A stretch of 32,000 bases of DNA from Kineococcus radiotolerans SRS30216 = ATCC BAA-149 (GCF_000017305.1 NC_009664.2:3630001-3662000), one strand, 5' to 3'. Positions 25,037-31,623 are shown, numbered from the stretch's first letter. Program-made: numbers and translations. Notes: a model not told the origin generated them from the sequence alone.

Positions 25037-25411
25037 GTGTTCCGTTCACCGGCCCCCCGTCCCGCGTTCCCCGCCCCGTCGTCCGAGCCGGTGCCCGTGG
25101 TCCCGGCCCAGGGGCGCGAGGGCTCCCGGTCCCCGGCGAGCCGGTCCGCGGCCCCGCCGCGGCCGAGCCGGCAGCGGGTGCTGGTCCAGGCGTGGTGGGA
25201 GCAGCTCGACGAGGTCGCCCGCCGGCGCCTCCTGCGGCTGGCGCCCACGGACTTCCTGCCCGCCGACGCCGCCCTGGACCTGCAGATGCTGGGGGTCACG
25301 GTGATCGCGGTGGGGACGGTGCCCGGCGAGGACGGCTACGACGCCCTGTACGAGCAGCCGGCCGACGTCGTCGCGCTGCTCGCCGCCGTCCGCGGCGGCC
25401 GCCCCCGCTGA
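25037..25411 (+). CDS. Small hypothetical protein, paralog A (Pro-rich N-terminus plus ~75-aa conserved core)
   Basis: GC3-saturated frame. The core QAWWEQLDEVARRRLLRLAPTDFLPADAALDLQMLGVTVIAVG…YEQPADVVALLAAVR aligns by eye with the ORF at 25446..25751. Start is uncertain: GTG 25037, 25091, 25097 or 25178 are all in frame. Confidence 0.6.
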   Translation: MFRSPAPRPAFPAPSSEPVPVVPAQGREGSRSPASRSAAPPRPSRQRVLVQAWWEQLDEVARRRLLRLAPTDFLPADAALDLQMLGVTVIAVGTVPGEDGYDALYEQPADVVALLAAVRGGRPR

Positions 25412-25445
25412 GCCCGCGGCGCGGCCGCGGCGGCGCGAGGGGGCC

Positions 25446-25751
25446 TCAGCGCGGCTCGGGGGCCCAGAGGGCCGCCCAGATGCGCGCGGCGGCGAGGAAC
25501 TCCCGCAGGGCCGGCGGCTGGGCGTAGGCGGCGAAGGAGTGCTCGCCCAGGCGCAGGACGAGGCCGACGTCGGCGACCTGGACGCCGAAGGACCGCAGCT
25601 CCCGGGCCAGGTCCTCGGGCAGCTGGGCCGTCGGGGACAGGCTCAGCAGGTCGGTCCGCACGTCGGCGGGGAGCTGTCGCCACCACGAGGCGAGGGCATT
25701 GCTCTGTTGCTGCACGGCGAGGTCTTCGGGTGGATCCGGGGGTCCCTGCAC
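25446..25751 (-). CDS. Small hypothetical protein, paralog B
   Basis: GC3-saturated frame. The core ASWWRQLPADVRTDLLSLSPTAQLPEDLARELRSFGVQVADVG…YAQPPALREFLAAAR is homologous by eye to paralog A. GTG 25751 lies 6 nt downstream of the tetR stop, so co-transcription is likely. GTG 25715 is an alternative start. Confidence 0.6.
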   Translation of the reverse strand: MQGPPDPPEDLAVQQQSNALASWWRQLPADVRTDLLSLSPTAQLPEDLARELRSFGVQVADVGLVLRLGEHSFAAYAQPPALREFLAAARIWAALWAPEPR

Positions 25752-25757
25752 GGCCGG

Positions 25758-26435
25758 TCACCCGCCCGGCGGGACCACCTCACCCGGACGGCTCCCCGGT
25801 GAGGGGCGGGTCACCAGGCCCAGCACGTGCTCGAGGACGTCCCGCCGCGAGCGCTCGGCGGCGCCGTCCCCGCCGTCCCCGCCCCCGTCGCCGCCACTGT
25901 CGTCGCCGTCGCCGCGGAGGGGGTCGTCGAGGGTCAGCGACCGCAGCAGCAGCGAGCCCATGAGCACCTCGGTGGCCCGCGCGGGGGTCGTGGCCTCCAC
26001 GAGCTCCCCGCGGGTGCGGGCGCGGTGGAAGGCGTCCTCGAGGACGGCCGCGCACCGGTCGACGTGGTCGCGGCGGAACCGGGCGGCGACGGCGGGGGAG
26101 GTGGCGACCTCGTCGACGCAGCGCTGGAGCACCTGCCGGCGGCGGCCGGAGAGGGCCTCGGCGATCGGGGGGACGAGGGCCTCCAGGTCCCCGCGCAGGC
26201 TCCCGGTCAGCGGGGGTTCCAGGCGGGCGGTGAGGCTGGCCAGCGCGTCCACGACGAGGTCCTCGGTGCCGGCCCAGCGGGCGTGCACGCCGCGGCGGTC
26301 GACCCCGGCGCGGGCGGCGACCCCGCGGGTGCTGAACGCCGCGATGCCCTTCTCCGCCAGCTCCTCGACCGCCGCCGCCAGCACCCGGGCGTCGATCCCG
26401 GGGTCGCGCGGTCTGCCGCGCCGCGTCCGCTCCAC
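25758..26435 (-). CDS. TetR/AcrR-family transcriptional regulator
   Basis: 225 aa. N-terminal TetR HTH (RVLAAAVEELAEKGIAAFSTRGVAARAGVDRRGVHARW). GTG 26435 with TAGAGT 6 nt upstream. Divergent from ohr. Confidence 0.9.
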   Translation of the reverse strand: MERTRRGRPRDPGIDARVLAAAVEELAEKGIAAFSTRGVAARAGVDRRGVHARWAGTEDLVVDALASLTARLEPPLTGSLRGDLEALVPPIAEALSGRRRQVLQRCVDEVATSPAVAARFRRDHVDRCAAVLEDAFHRARTRGELVEATTPARATEVLMGSLLLRSLTLDDPLRGDGDDSGGDGGGDGGDGAAERSRRDVLEHVLGLVTRPSPGSRPGEVVPPGG

Positions 26436-26441
26436 CGTGCC

Positions 26442-26447
26442 ACTCTA
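26442..26447 (-). promoter_or_regulatory. -10-like hexamer TAGAGT, 6 nt upstream of the tetR GTG (leaderless arrangement)
   Basis: The minus strand reads TAGAGTggcacgGTGGAG. Confidence 0.4.
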
Positions 26448-26452
26448 TTCAC

Positions 26453-26467
26453 GTACCATCCTGGTAC
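26453..26467. promoter_or_regulatory. Palindrome GTACCA-TCC-TGGTAC, candidate TetR operator in the tetR/ohr divergent region
   Basis: Perfect 6-bp arms with a 3-bp spacer in a 55-bp, comparatively AT-rich intergenic region. It overlaps a TACCAT -10-like hexamer (26454-26459) on the ohr strand. Confidence 0.5.
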
Positions 26468-26490
26468 ATCAATCGAGAGGGAGTTCCGCC

Positions 26491-26919
26491 ATGGCGACCA
26501 TGTACGAGGCGACCGCGACCGCGTGGGGCGGCCGCGAGGGGCGCGTCACCTCCTCCGACGACCGCCTGGACGTCAGCCTCTCCCTGCCCCGGGGCATGGG
26601 CGGGGACGACGGCCCCGGCACCAACCCCGAGCAGATGTTCGCCGCGGGGTACGCGGCCTGCTTCCACAGCGCCCTCAAGGGCGTCGCCCGGATGCGCAAG
26701 GTCGACGTCTCCGACTCCGCCGTCTCGGTGACCGTCGCCGTGACCGGCGGCATGGCCGAGGGCATCGACCTCGCCGTGCGGATCGAGGCGCAGCTGCCCG
26801 GCCTGGAGGAGCCCGTCGCGCGCGACCTCCTCGACGCGGCCCACCAGGTCTGCCCGTACAGCCGCGCCACCCGCGGCAACGTCGTCCAGGAGCTCGTGCT
26901 CGTCTCCGACGAGGACTGA
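26491..26919 (+). CDS. ohr: Organic hydroperoxide resistance protein Ohr (OsmC/Ohr family)
   Basis: ATG 26491 with GAGAGGGA upstream, 142 aa. Both conserved Ohr cysteines appear in their usual contexts (AAGYAACFHSAL and HQVCPYSRAT). Confidence 0.9.
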   Translation: MATMYEATATAWGGREGRVTSSDDRLDVSLSLPRGMGGDDGPGTNPEQMFAAGYAACFHSALKGVARMRKVDVSDSAVSVTVAVTGGMAEGIDLAVRIEAQLPGLEEPVARDLLDAAHQVCPYSRATRGNVVQELVLVSDED

Positions 26920-26947
26920 ATCGCCCCGGCCCGCCGCGGCCGGCTCC

Positions 26948-27514
26948 TCAGTCGGCGGGGGCCGGCGCCAGGTGCGACTGCCACATCCGCGCCAGCCGCG
27001 GGTTCGCGGGGACGGGGTTCGCCGGGCAGACCACGTCGTGCCGCACCCTGGCCCCCACCTGGTCCTCGTCGTCCTCGTCCAGGACCGGCGCGGGCACGGC
27101 GCGGTCGTCCACGACGCGCCAGCGCTCCTCCGCGGGCACGCTCACGGCGAGCACCGACTCCTTCGCCAGCCGGACCGGTTCCCCGCCGGGGCCGGGGTAG
27201 CGGTGGACGGGGTGCCCGCAGTGCGCGCACTCCTCCTCGGTGAAGGGCCGCTCGGCGACCAGGCGCGCCATCCGCTGGACGTGGGCCAGGACGGCCGACG
27301 ACTGCTGGCCCAGGGTCGGCGGCAGCCCGCGGGGTTCCCCGGGCGCCTCCACCGCCGGTGGCCGGGCCGCGGGCGCCGCGGCCCCGGCGAAGCGCTCCCG
27401 GCAGGCCGCGCAGACCGGCACCTGGACCCCCAGCCGCTCCTGGGTCCGCACGTCGGCGTCGGGCTCCGAGGCGCCGCAGAACGCGCAGCGGTCCGGGTGG
27501 GTGTCGTGGTCCAC
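26948..27514 (-). CDS. Hypothetical Cys-rich protein: N-terminal CxxC…CxxC zinc ribbon, Pro-rich linker, C-terminal DUF6083-like domain
   Basis: 188 aa, GC3-saturated. CAFCG-x22-CAAC at the N-terminus. The C-terminal CAHCGHPVHRY…VRL…VPAEERW…RVRHDVVCP pattern resembles my recollection of DUF6083 (unverified). GTG 27514 is preceded by CATGCT 6 nt upstream. Confidence 0.7.
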   Translation of the reverse strand: MDHDTHPDRCAFCGASEPDADVRTQERLGVQVPVCAACRERFAGAAAPAARPPAVEAPGEPRGLPPTLGQQSSAVLAHVQRMARLVAERPFTEEECAHCGHPVHRYPGPGGEPVRLAKESVLAVSVPAEERWRVVDDRAVPAPVLDEDDEDQVGARVRHDVVCPANPVPANPRLARMWQSHLAPAPAD

Positions 27515-27683
27515 CGGGACAGCATGCCCGTTCTAGAAGACGTTGGCGCACACGGCTGATCCTCTGCTCCGCCCGGGTGGACCGCGCTCCCGGCGGCTGC
27601 GCGCGGGCACCGCGATCACCGACGATCCCTGGGAGACCCACAGGGACCGGTGCCCCGGCAGCGGCGAGCAGGAGGACGAACGC

Positions 27684-28529
27684 GTGAGCGCCCAGCAGTT
27701 CCGACCCGAGGGCCGCGCGCGGCGGGAGCCCGTCGCCGAGGTCCCCTTCTTCGCCCCGCCGCGCGGGGAGTTCCCCGTCGACGGCGGCGGGTTCGGCCCC
27801 GGCCCCGGGGGCGGGTTCGGCGGCGGGTTCGGCGGCGGGTTGCCCCCGCAGGGCCCGGACGCCCGGTTCTCGACGGCGCCCGCGGCTCCCGGGCACCTCG
27901 GGTACCCGGGGGCCGCGGGTCACCCCGACCGCTCCGGCTGGCGCCCGTCCGCGCCGGAGGAGCCGGTGCGCGGTCTGGAGGACGTCGCGGGTCTCGGCCG
28001 GGCGGCCGTCGCCCTCGCCGTCGTCGCCACCGCGACCTCCCTCGTCGCTGCCCTCACCGGGCTGGCCGCGGGGACCTCCCTCGTCGCGGCCCTGGTCACT
28101 GCCCTGCTCTCCCTGGTCCACGGCGCGGTGCTCGTCGCGAACTGGATCGTCGTCGCGCTGTGGCTGCGCCGCGCCCGGCGCAACGCCGAGCGCATCGACC
28201 CCCGGTCCCCGCAGCGCCGCGCCGCGGTGTGGGCGTGGTTCGGCTGGTTCGTGCCCGTCGCCGCCTTCTTCGTGCCCTTCCAGTACGTCAGCGACGTCTG
28301 GCGGGCCTCCCAGCGCCGGGCCCCGCGGGGGACGTCCCCGCAGCTGAGCGCGTGGTGGGCGGTGTGGCTGCTGAGCCTCGGCCTCGGCAACGTGAGCTTC
28401 CGGCTGTCCGAGCAGGGCAGCGGCACCGCCGCCGCCGCTCTCGCGGTGGCCGCGGCCCTCGCCACCCTCGTCGCGCTGCCGCTGTTCCGCGGGGTCGTGC
28501 GCTCCGTGGCCGTGGCCCAGCAGCCCTGA
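27684..28529 (+). CDS. DUF4328 domain-containing membrane protein with Gly/Phe-rich N-terminal region
   Basis: GTG 27684 with GGAGGA 7 nt upstream, inside track ORF 27543..28529. Several TM helices and the WAWFGWFVPVAAFFVPFQYVSDVW signature typical of DUF4328. Confidence 0.75.
   Translation: MSAQQFRPEGRARREPVAEVPFFAPPRGEFPVDGGGFGPGPGGGFGGGFGGGLPPQGPDARFSTAPAAPGHLGYPGAAGHPDRSGWRPSAPEEPVRGLEDVAGLGRAAVALAVVATATSLVAALTGLAAGTSLVAALVTALLSLVHGAVLVANWIVVALWLRRARRNAERIDPRSPQRRAAVWAWFGWFVPVAAFFVPFQYVSDVWRASQRRAPRGTSPQLSAWWAVWLLSLGLGNVSFRLSEQGSGTAAAALAVAAALATLVALPLFRGVVRSVAVAQQP
27783..27842 (+). repeat. Codon-aligned 12-nt repeat GGCGGCGGGTTC (encodes GGGF): one copy, GGCCCC x2, then three tandem copies
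   Basis: Copies at 27783-27794 (exact), 27807-27818 (1 mismatch), 27819-27830 (exact) and 27831-27842 (1 mismatch). GGCCCCGGCCCC lies at 27795-27806. All sit within the DUF4328 gene. Confidence 0.85.
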
Positions 28530-28532
28530 GCC

Positions 28533-29549
28533 TCAGCCCAGCAGGGCGGGCACGACCTCCCGCTCGAACAGCTCGATCCCGCTGGTGTCCGTCGCGGCCT
28601 CGGCGAAGTAGAAGTTCGCGTGGCCCAGGCCCGCGTCCAGCAGCGGGCGCAGCTTGGCGACGATCTGCTCCGGCGTCCCCACCCCGGCGGCCTCGGGGGT
28701 GAGGCCCCCGACCTCGCGCTCGACGGCCTCGGGGCTGACGTGCCCCGCCAGCTGCGCGCGGCGGGCGGCGATCCGCTGCGCCACCTCGGCCTCGTCGCGG
28801 CCGATGGCGACGGTGTAGTCCGCGGTGCGGGTGATGCTCGCGAAGTCGCGGCCCACGGCCTCGCAGTGCCCGCGCAGCACCTCCGACTTGTGCGTGAACC
28901 CCTCCAGGGTCCCGTCGAAGTTGGTGAAGTCGGCGTACTTCGCCGCCGTCAGCAGCGTCTTGCGCTCACCGCCGCCCGCGATCCACAGCGGGATCCCGCC
29001 CTCCTGCAGCGGCTTCGGCTGGTTGATCGCCCCCGCGGTGGAGTAGTGCTTCCCCTCGAAGGTGGAGATCCCGTCGCGCCAGAGCTCCCGCATGATCTGC
29101 ACGCCCTCGTCGAGGCGGGCGAGGCGTTCCCCCGCGCCGGGGAACCCGTAGTCGTAGGCGCGCCACTCGTGCTCGTACCAGCCGGCGCCGATGCCCATGT
29201 TCAGCCGGCCCCCGGAGACGACGTCCACGGTGGTGGCGACCTTGGCCAGGTAGGCGGGGTTGCGGTAGCTCATGCACGTGCACATCTGCCCCAGGCGGAT
29301 GCGCTGCGTCACCGCGGCGAAGGCGGCCATCAGGCTCCACGCCTCGTGGGTGGCCTGGTCGGTGGGTTCGGGCACGGTGTGGAAGTGGTCGTAGACCCAG
29401 ACCGAGTCCCACACGTCCCCGCGGTCGGCGCGCTGCACCAGCCCGCTCATGACCTCCCAGTGGGCGGCGGGGTCCACCCCCACGAGGTCGTGCTTCCAGC
29501 CCTGCGGGATGAACAGGCCGAACGTCAGGCGCGGCGGTGCGTCAGTCAT
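28533..29549 (-). CDS. Luciferase-like (LLM class) F420-dependent oxidoreductase
   Basis: 338 aa. LLM-fold pattern (…FGLFIPQG…VWVYDHF…[16 protein letters not shown]…), resembling the Rv1855c-type F420 family as I remember it. ATG 29549 with TAGTGT 7 nt upstream. Confidence 0.88.
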   Translation of the reverse strand: MTDAPPRLTFGLFIPQGWKHDLVGVDPAAHWEVMSGLVQRADRGDVWDSVWVYDHFHTVPEPTDQATHEAWSLMAAFAAVTQRIRLGQMCTCMSYRNPAYLAKVATTVDVVSGGRLNMGIGAGWYEHEWRAYDYGFPGAGERLARLDEGVQIMRELWRDGISTFEGKHYSTAGAINQPKPLQEGGIPLWIAGGGERKTLLTAAKYADFTNFDGTLEGFTHKSEVLRGHCEAVGRDFASITRTADYTVAIGRDEAEVAQRIAARRAQLAGHVSPEAVEREVGGLTPEAAGVGTPEQIVAKLRPLLDAGLGHANFYFAEAATDTSGIELFEREVVPALLG

Positions 29550-29556
29550 GACCCGG

Positions 29557-29562
29557 ACACTA
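29557..29562 (-). promoter_or_regulatory. -10-like hexamer TAGTGT, 7 nt upstream of the LLM oxidoreductase ATG (leaderless arrangement)
   Basis: The minus strand reads gggcgCACTAGTGTccgggtcATG. It is embedded in the 8-bp palindrome CACTAGTG and flanked by the inverted repeat GACCCGG (29550-29556) / CCGGGTC (29569-29575). Confidence 0.4.
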
Positions 29563-29587
29563 GTGCGCCCGGGTCACGACCGGAAGG

Positions 29588-30394
29588 CTACCGGCGGGTG
29601 GCCGCCGCGGCGGCCGCCAGCGAGGCCGCCCCGATGATGCCCGCGTCGTTGCGCAGCTGCGCGGGCACGATGGGCGTGCGCAGGTCCAGCAGCGGCAGGA
29701 ACTTCTCGTGCTTCTTGCTCACCCCGCCGCCCACGACGATGAGGTCCGGCCACAGCAGGTCCTCCACGTGGGAGTAGTAGCGCTGCAGGCGCTTGGCCCA
29801 CTGCGACCAGGAGAGGTCCTGGCGCTCGCGGGCGGAGTCGGCGGCCTTCTTCTCCGCGTCGTGCCCGTCGATCTCCAGGTGCCCCAGCTCGGTGTTGGGC
29901 ACGAGCCTCCCGTCGACGATCAGCGCGCTGCCGATCCCGGTGCCCAGGGTCGTCACCAGCACCACCCCGTGCACGCCCTTCGCGGCCCCGAACGTCACCT
30001 CGGCGTACCCGGCGGCGTCGGCGTCGTTGACCACCACGACAGGACGGCCCAGGGCCTCGGAGAACAGCGTCTCCGCGTCGGTGCCGATCCACGACGGGTC
30101 GACGTTCGCCGCGCTGCGCGCGATGCCGTGCTGGATGACGGCGGGGAAGGTGATGCCGATGGGGGTGTCCGCGGGCACGTCGAAACCGGCCAGGACCTCC
30201 GCGACGACGGGCGCCACCGCCGCGGGGGTCGCCGGCTGCGGGGTCTCGATGCGGACCCGCTCGGCGGCGAACTCGCCGGCGACCAGGTCGACCGGGGCGG
30301 CCTTGATGCCGGATCCGCCGATGTCGACACCCAGGCCGATCGTCGCGGTGGCCCGCGCGGGACCCGTCGTGGTGGTGTTCTCGGTGCTGGTCAC
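29588..30394 (-). CDS. ppgK: Polyphosphate glucokinase (ROK family)
   Basis: 268 aa. ROK/actin-fold N-terminus [10 protein letters not shown], then …[10 protein letters not shown]… and …[11 protein letters not shown]…, very similar to actinobacterial PpgK as I know it. GTG 30394 with TAGGCT 7 nt upstream. Confidence 0.9.
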   Translation of the reverse strand: MTSTENTTTTGPARATATIGLGVDIGGSGIKAAPVDLVAGEFAAERVRIETPQPATPAAVAPVVAEVLAGFDVPADTPIGITFPAVIQHGIARSAANVDPSWIGTDAETLFSEALGRPVVVVNDADAAGYAEVTFGAAKGVHGVVLVTTLGTGIGSALIVDGRLVPNTELGHLEIDGHDAEKKAADSARERQDLSWSQWAKRLQRYYSHVEDLLWPDLIVVGGGVSKKHEKFLPLLDLRTPIVPAQLRNDAGIIGAASLAAAAAATRR

Positions 30395-30401
30395 GACGGG
30401 G

Positions 30402-30407
30402 AGCCTA
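30402..30407 (-). promoter_or_regulatory. -10-like hexamer TAGGCT, 7 nt upstream of the ppgK GTG (leaderless arrangement)
   Basis: The minus strand reads cgggccTAGGCTccccgtcGTG. Confidence 0.4.
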
Positions 30408-30413
30408 GGCCCG

Positions 30414-30608
30414 TCAGCGGTTCGTGTCCTTCGGCAGGACGATCCACAGCGCGGCGTAGACCAGGACCTGCGGCCCGGGCAGGACGCACGACAGGACGAA
30501 GATCAGCCGCACGACGTTGGCGGGCAGGCCGAAGCGCCGCGCCAGCCCGGCGCAGACGCCGGCGACGAGCTTGCCCGAGGTCGGGCGGGACAGGACGGGG
30601 GTGCTCAC
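30414..30608 (-). CDS. PspC domain-containing small membrane protein
   Basis: PspC motif [34 protein letters not shown] followed by a TM helix. I prefer GTG 30608 (64 aa) because GAGGAG lies 6 nt upstream. The track start is 30650. Confidence 0.8.
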   Translation of the reverse strand: MSTPVLSRPTSGKLVAGVCAGLARRFGLPANVVRLIFVLSCVLPGPQVLVYAALWIVLPKDTNR

Positions 30609-30731
30609 GGGTGGCTCCTCGGGTCGGTGGGTTCCGTACGAGGGGGTCAACGACCGGGCGTCCCGGATCGTCGCGCTCCGCGGGGAGGATCCTCGGGCCG
30701 CCCGGGTACGACTCCCGGGGGAGGCCCGGCC

Positions 30732-31610
30732 TCACGGGAGGGTGAGGACCTCCGCGCCGGTCTCGGTGACGACGAGGGTGTGCTCGAACTGGGCGGTGCG
30801 CTTGCGGTCCTTCGTGACCACCGTCCAGCCGTCCTCCCACATCTCCCACTCGTGGGTGCCCAGCGTCAGCATCGGCTCGATCGTGAAGACCATGCCGACC
30901 TCCATGACCGTCGCGTGCGCGGGGGCGGCGTCGTAGTGGGGGACGATCAGCCCGGAGTGGAACGCCGGGCCCACCCCGTGGCCGGTGAAGTCGCGCACCA
31001 CGCCGTAGCCGAAGCGCTTGGCGTAGGCCTCGATGACGCGGCCGATGACGTTGATCGCCCGCCCCGGCGCCACGGCCTTGATCCCGCGGCGCGTCGCCTC
31101 GCGGGTCCGCTCCACCAGCAGCCGCGACTCCTCGTCGACGTCCCCGCAGAGGAACGTCGCGTTGGTGTCGCCGTGCATGCCGTCCAGGTAGGCGGTGATG
31201 TCGATGTTCACGATGTCGCCGTCGGCGAGGACCGTGGAGTCGGGGATGCCGTGGCAGACGACCTCGTTGAGGCTGCTGCACAGCGACTTGGGGAAGGACC
31301 GGTAGCCCAGCGTCGAGGGGTAGGCGCCGTGGTCGCAGAGGAACTCGTGCCCGATCCGGTCCAGCTCGTCCGTCGTCGTCCCGGGCACGACGTGTTCGCC
31401 CACCAGCGCCATCGCCTGCGCGGCCAGCTTCCCGGCGCGGCGGATGCGCTCGATCCCCTCGGGGTCGATGACGTGGGAGCCCTTGTAGGGCAGCGGGGCC
31501 TGCTGGTCCACGTACTCGGGCCGGTCGATCCGCGGCGGGACCGGGCGCCGGGGCGAGATGGTGCCGGGCACCAGGGTGCCGAGGGGTGCGGTAGCGGTGC
31601 CCGTGCTCAT
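30732..31610 (-). CDS. map: Methionine aminopeptidase, type I with N-terminal extension
   Basis: 292 aa. Metal-ligand contexts [27 protein letters not shown] and QFEHT. The Pro-rich N-terminal extension is typical of actinobacterial type Ic MetAP. ATG 31610 with TAGACT 7 nt upstream. Confidence 0.95.
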   Translation of the reverse strand: MSTGTATAPLGTLVPGTISPRRPVPPRIDRPEYVDQQAPLPYKGSHVIDPEGIERIRRAGKLAAQAMALVGEHVVPGTTTDELDRIGHEFLCDHGAYPSTLGYRSFPKSLCSSLNEVVCHGIPDSTVLADGDIVNIDITAYLDGMHGDTNATFLCGDVDEESRLLVERTREATRRGIKAVAPGRAINVIGRVIEAYAKRFGYGVVRDFTGHGVGPAFHSGLIVPHYDAAPAHATVMEVGMVFTIEPMLTLGTHEWEMWEDGWTVVTKDRKRTAQFEHTLVVTETGAEVLTLP

Positions 31611-31617
31611 GGACCCG

Positions 31618-31623
31618 AGTCTA
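31618..31623 (-). promoter_or_regulatory. -10-like hexamer TAGACT, 7 nt upstream of the map ATG (leaderless arrangement)
   Basis: The minus strand reads ccgaccTAGACTcgggtccATG. Confidence 0.4.

Noticed and set aside
25412-25445. Terminator hairpin between the two convergent small paralogs
   Set aside because: The only symmetry is the loop-less 10-bp palindrome CGCGGCCGCG (25420-25429). It has no convincing stem-loop and no U-tract.
24991-25761. Alternative-frame ORFs 24991..25527 + (178 aa) and 25336..25761 - (141 aa) over the small paralog pair
   Set aside because: These frames are Arg/Ala/Pro/Gly low-complexity sequence. The chosen frames are the ones that show mutual homology and ordinary protein-like composition.
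27783-27842. Short GC-rich tandem repeats considered as a possible CRISPR or VNTR array
   Set aside because: The unit is only 12 nt, is codon-aligned inside a CDS and has no spacers. It is a coding low-complexity repeat. No repeat-spacer architecture exists anywhere in the window.
25037-28529. Interpretation of the unknown-gene block as a toxin-antitoxin or anti-phage defence module
   Set aside because: The small paralogs are convergent rather than co-directional and overlapping. No nuclease, ATPase, NTPase, methyltransferase or other defence-associated domain is visible, and nothing in the sequence supports such a function.
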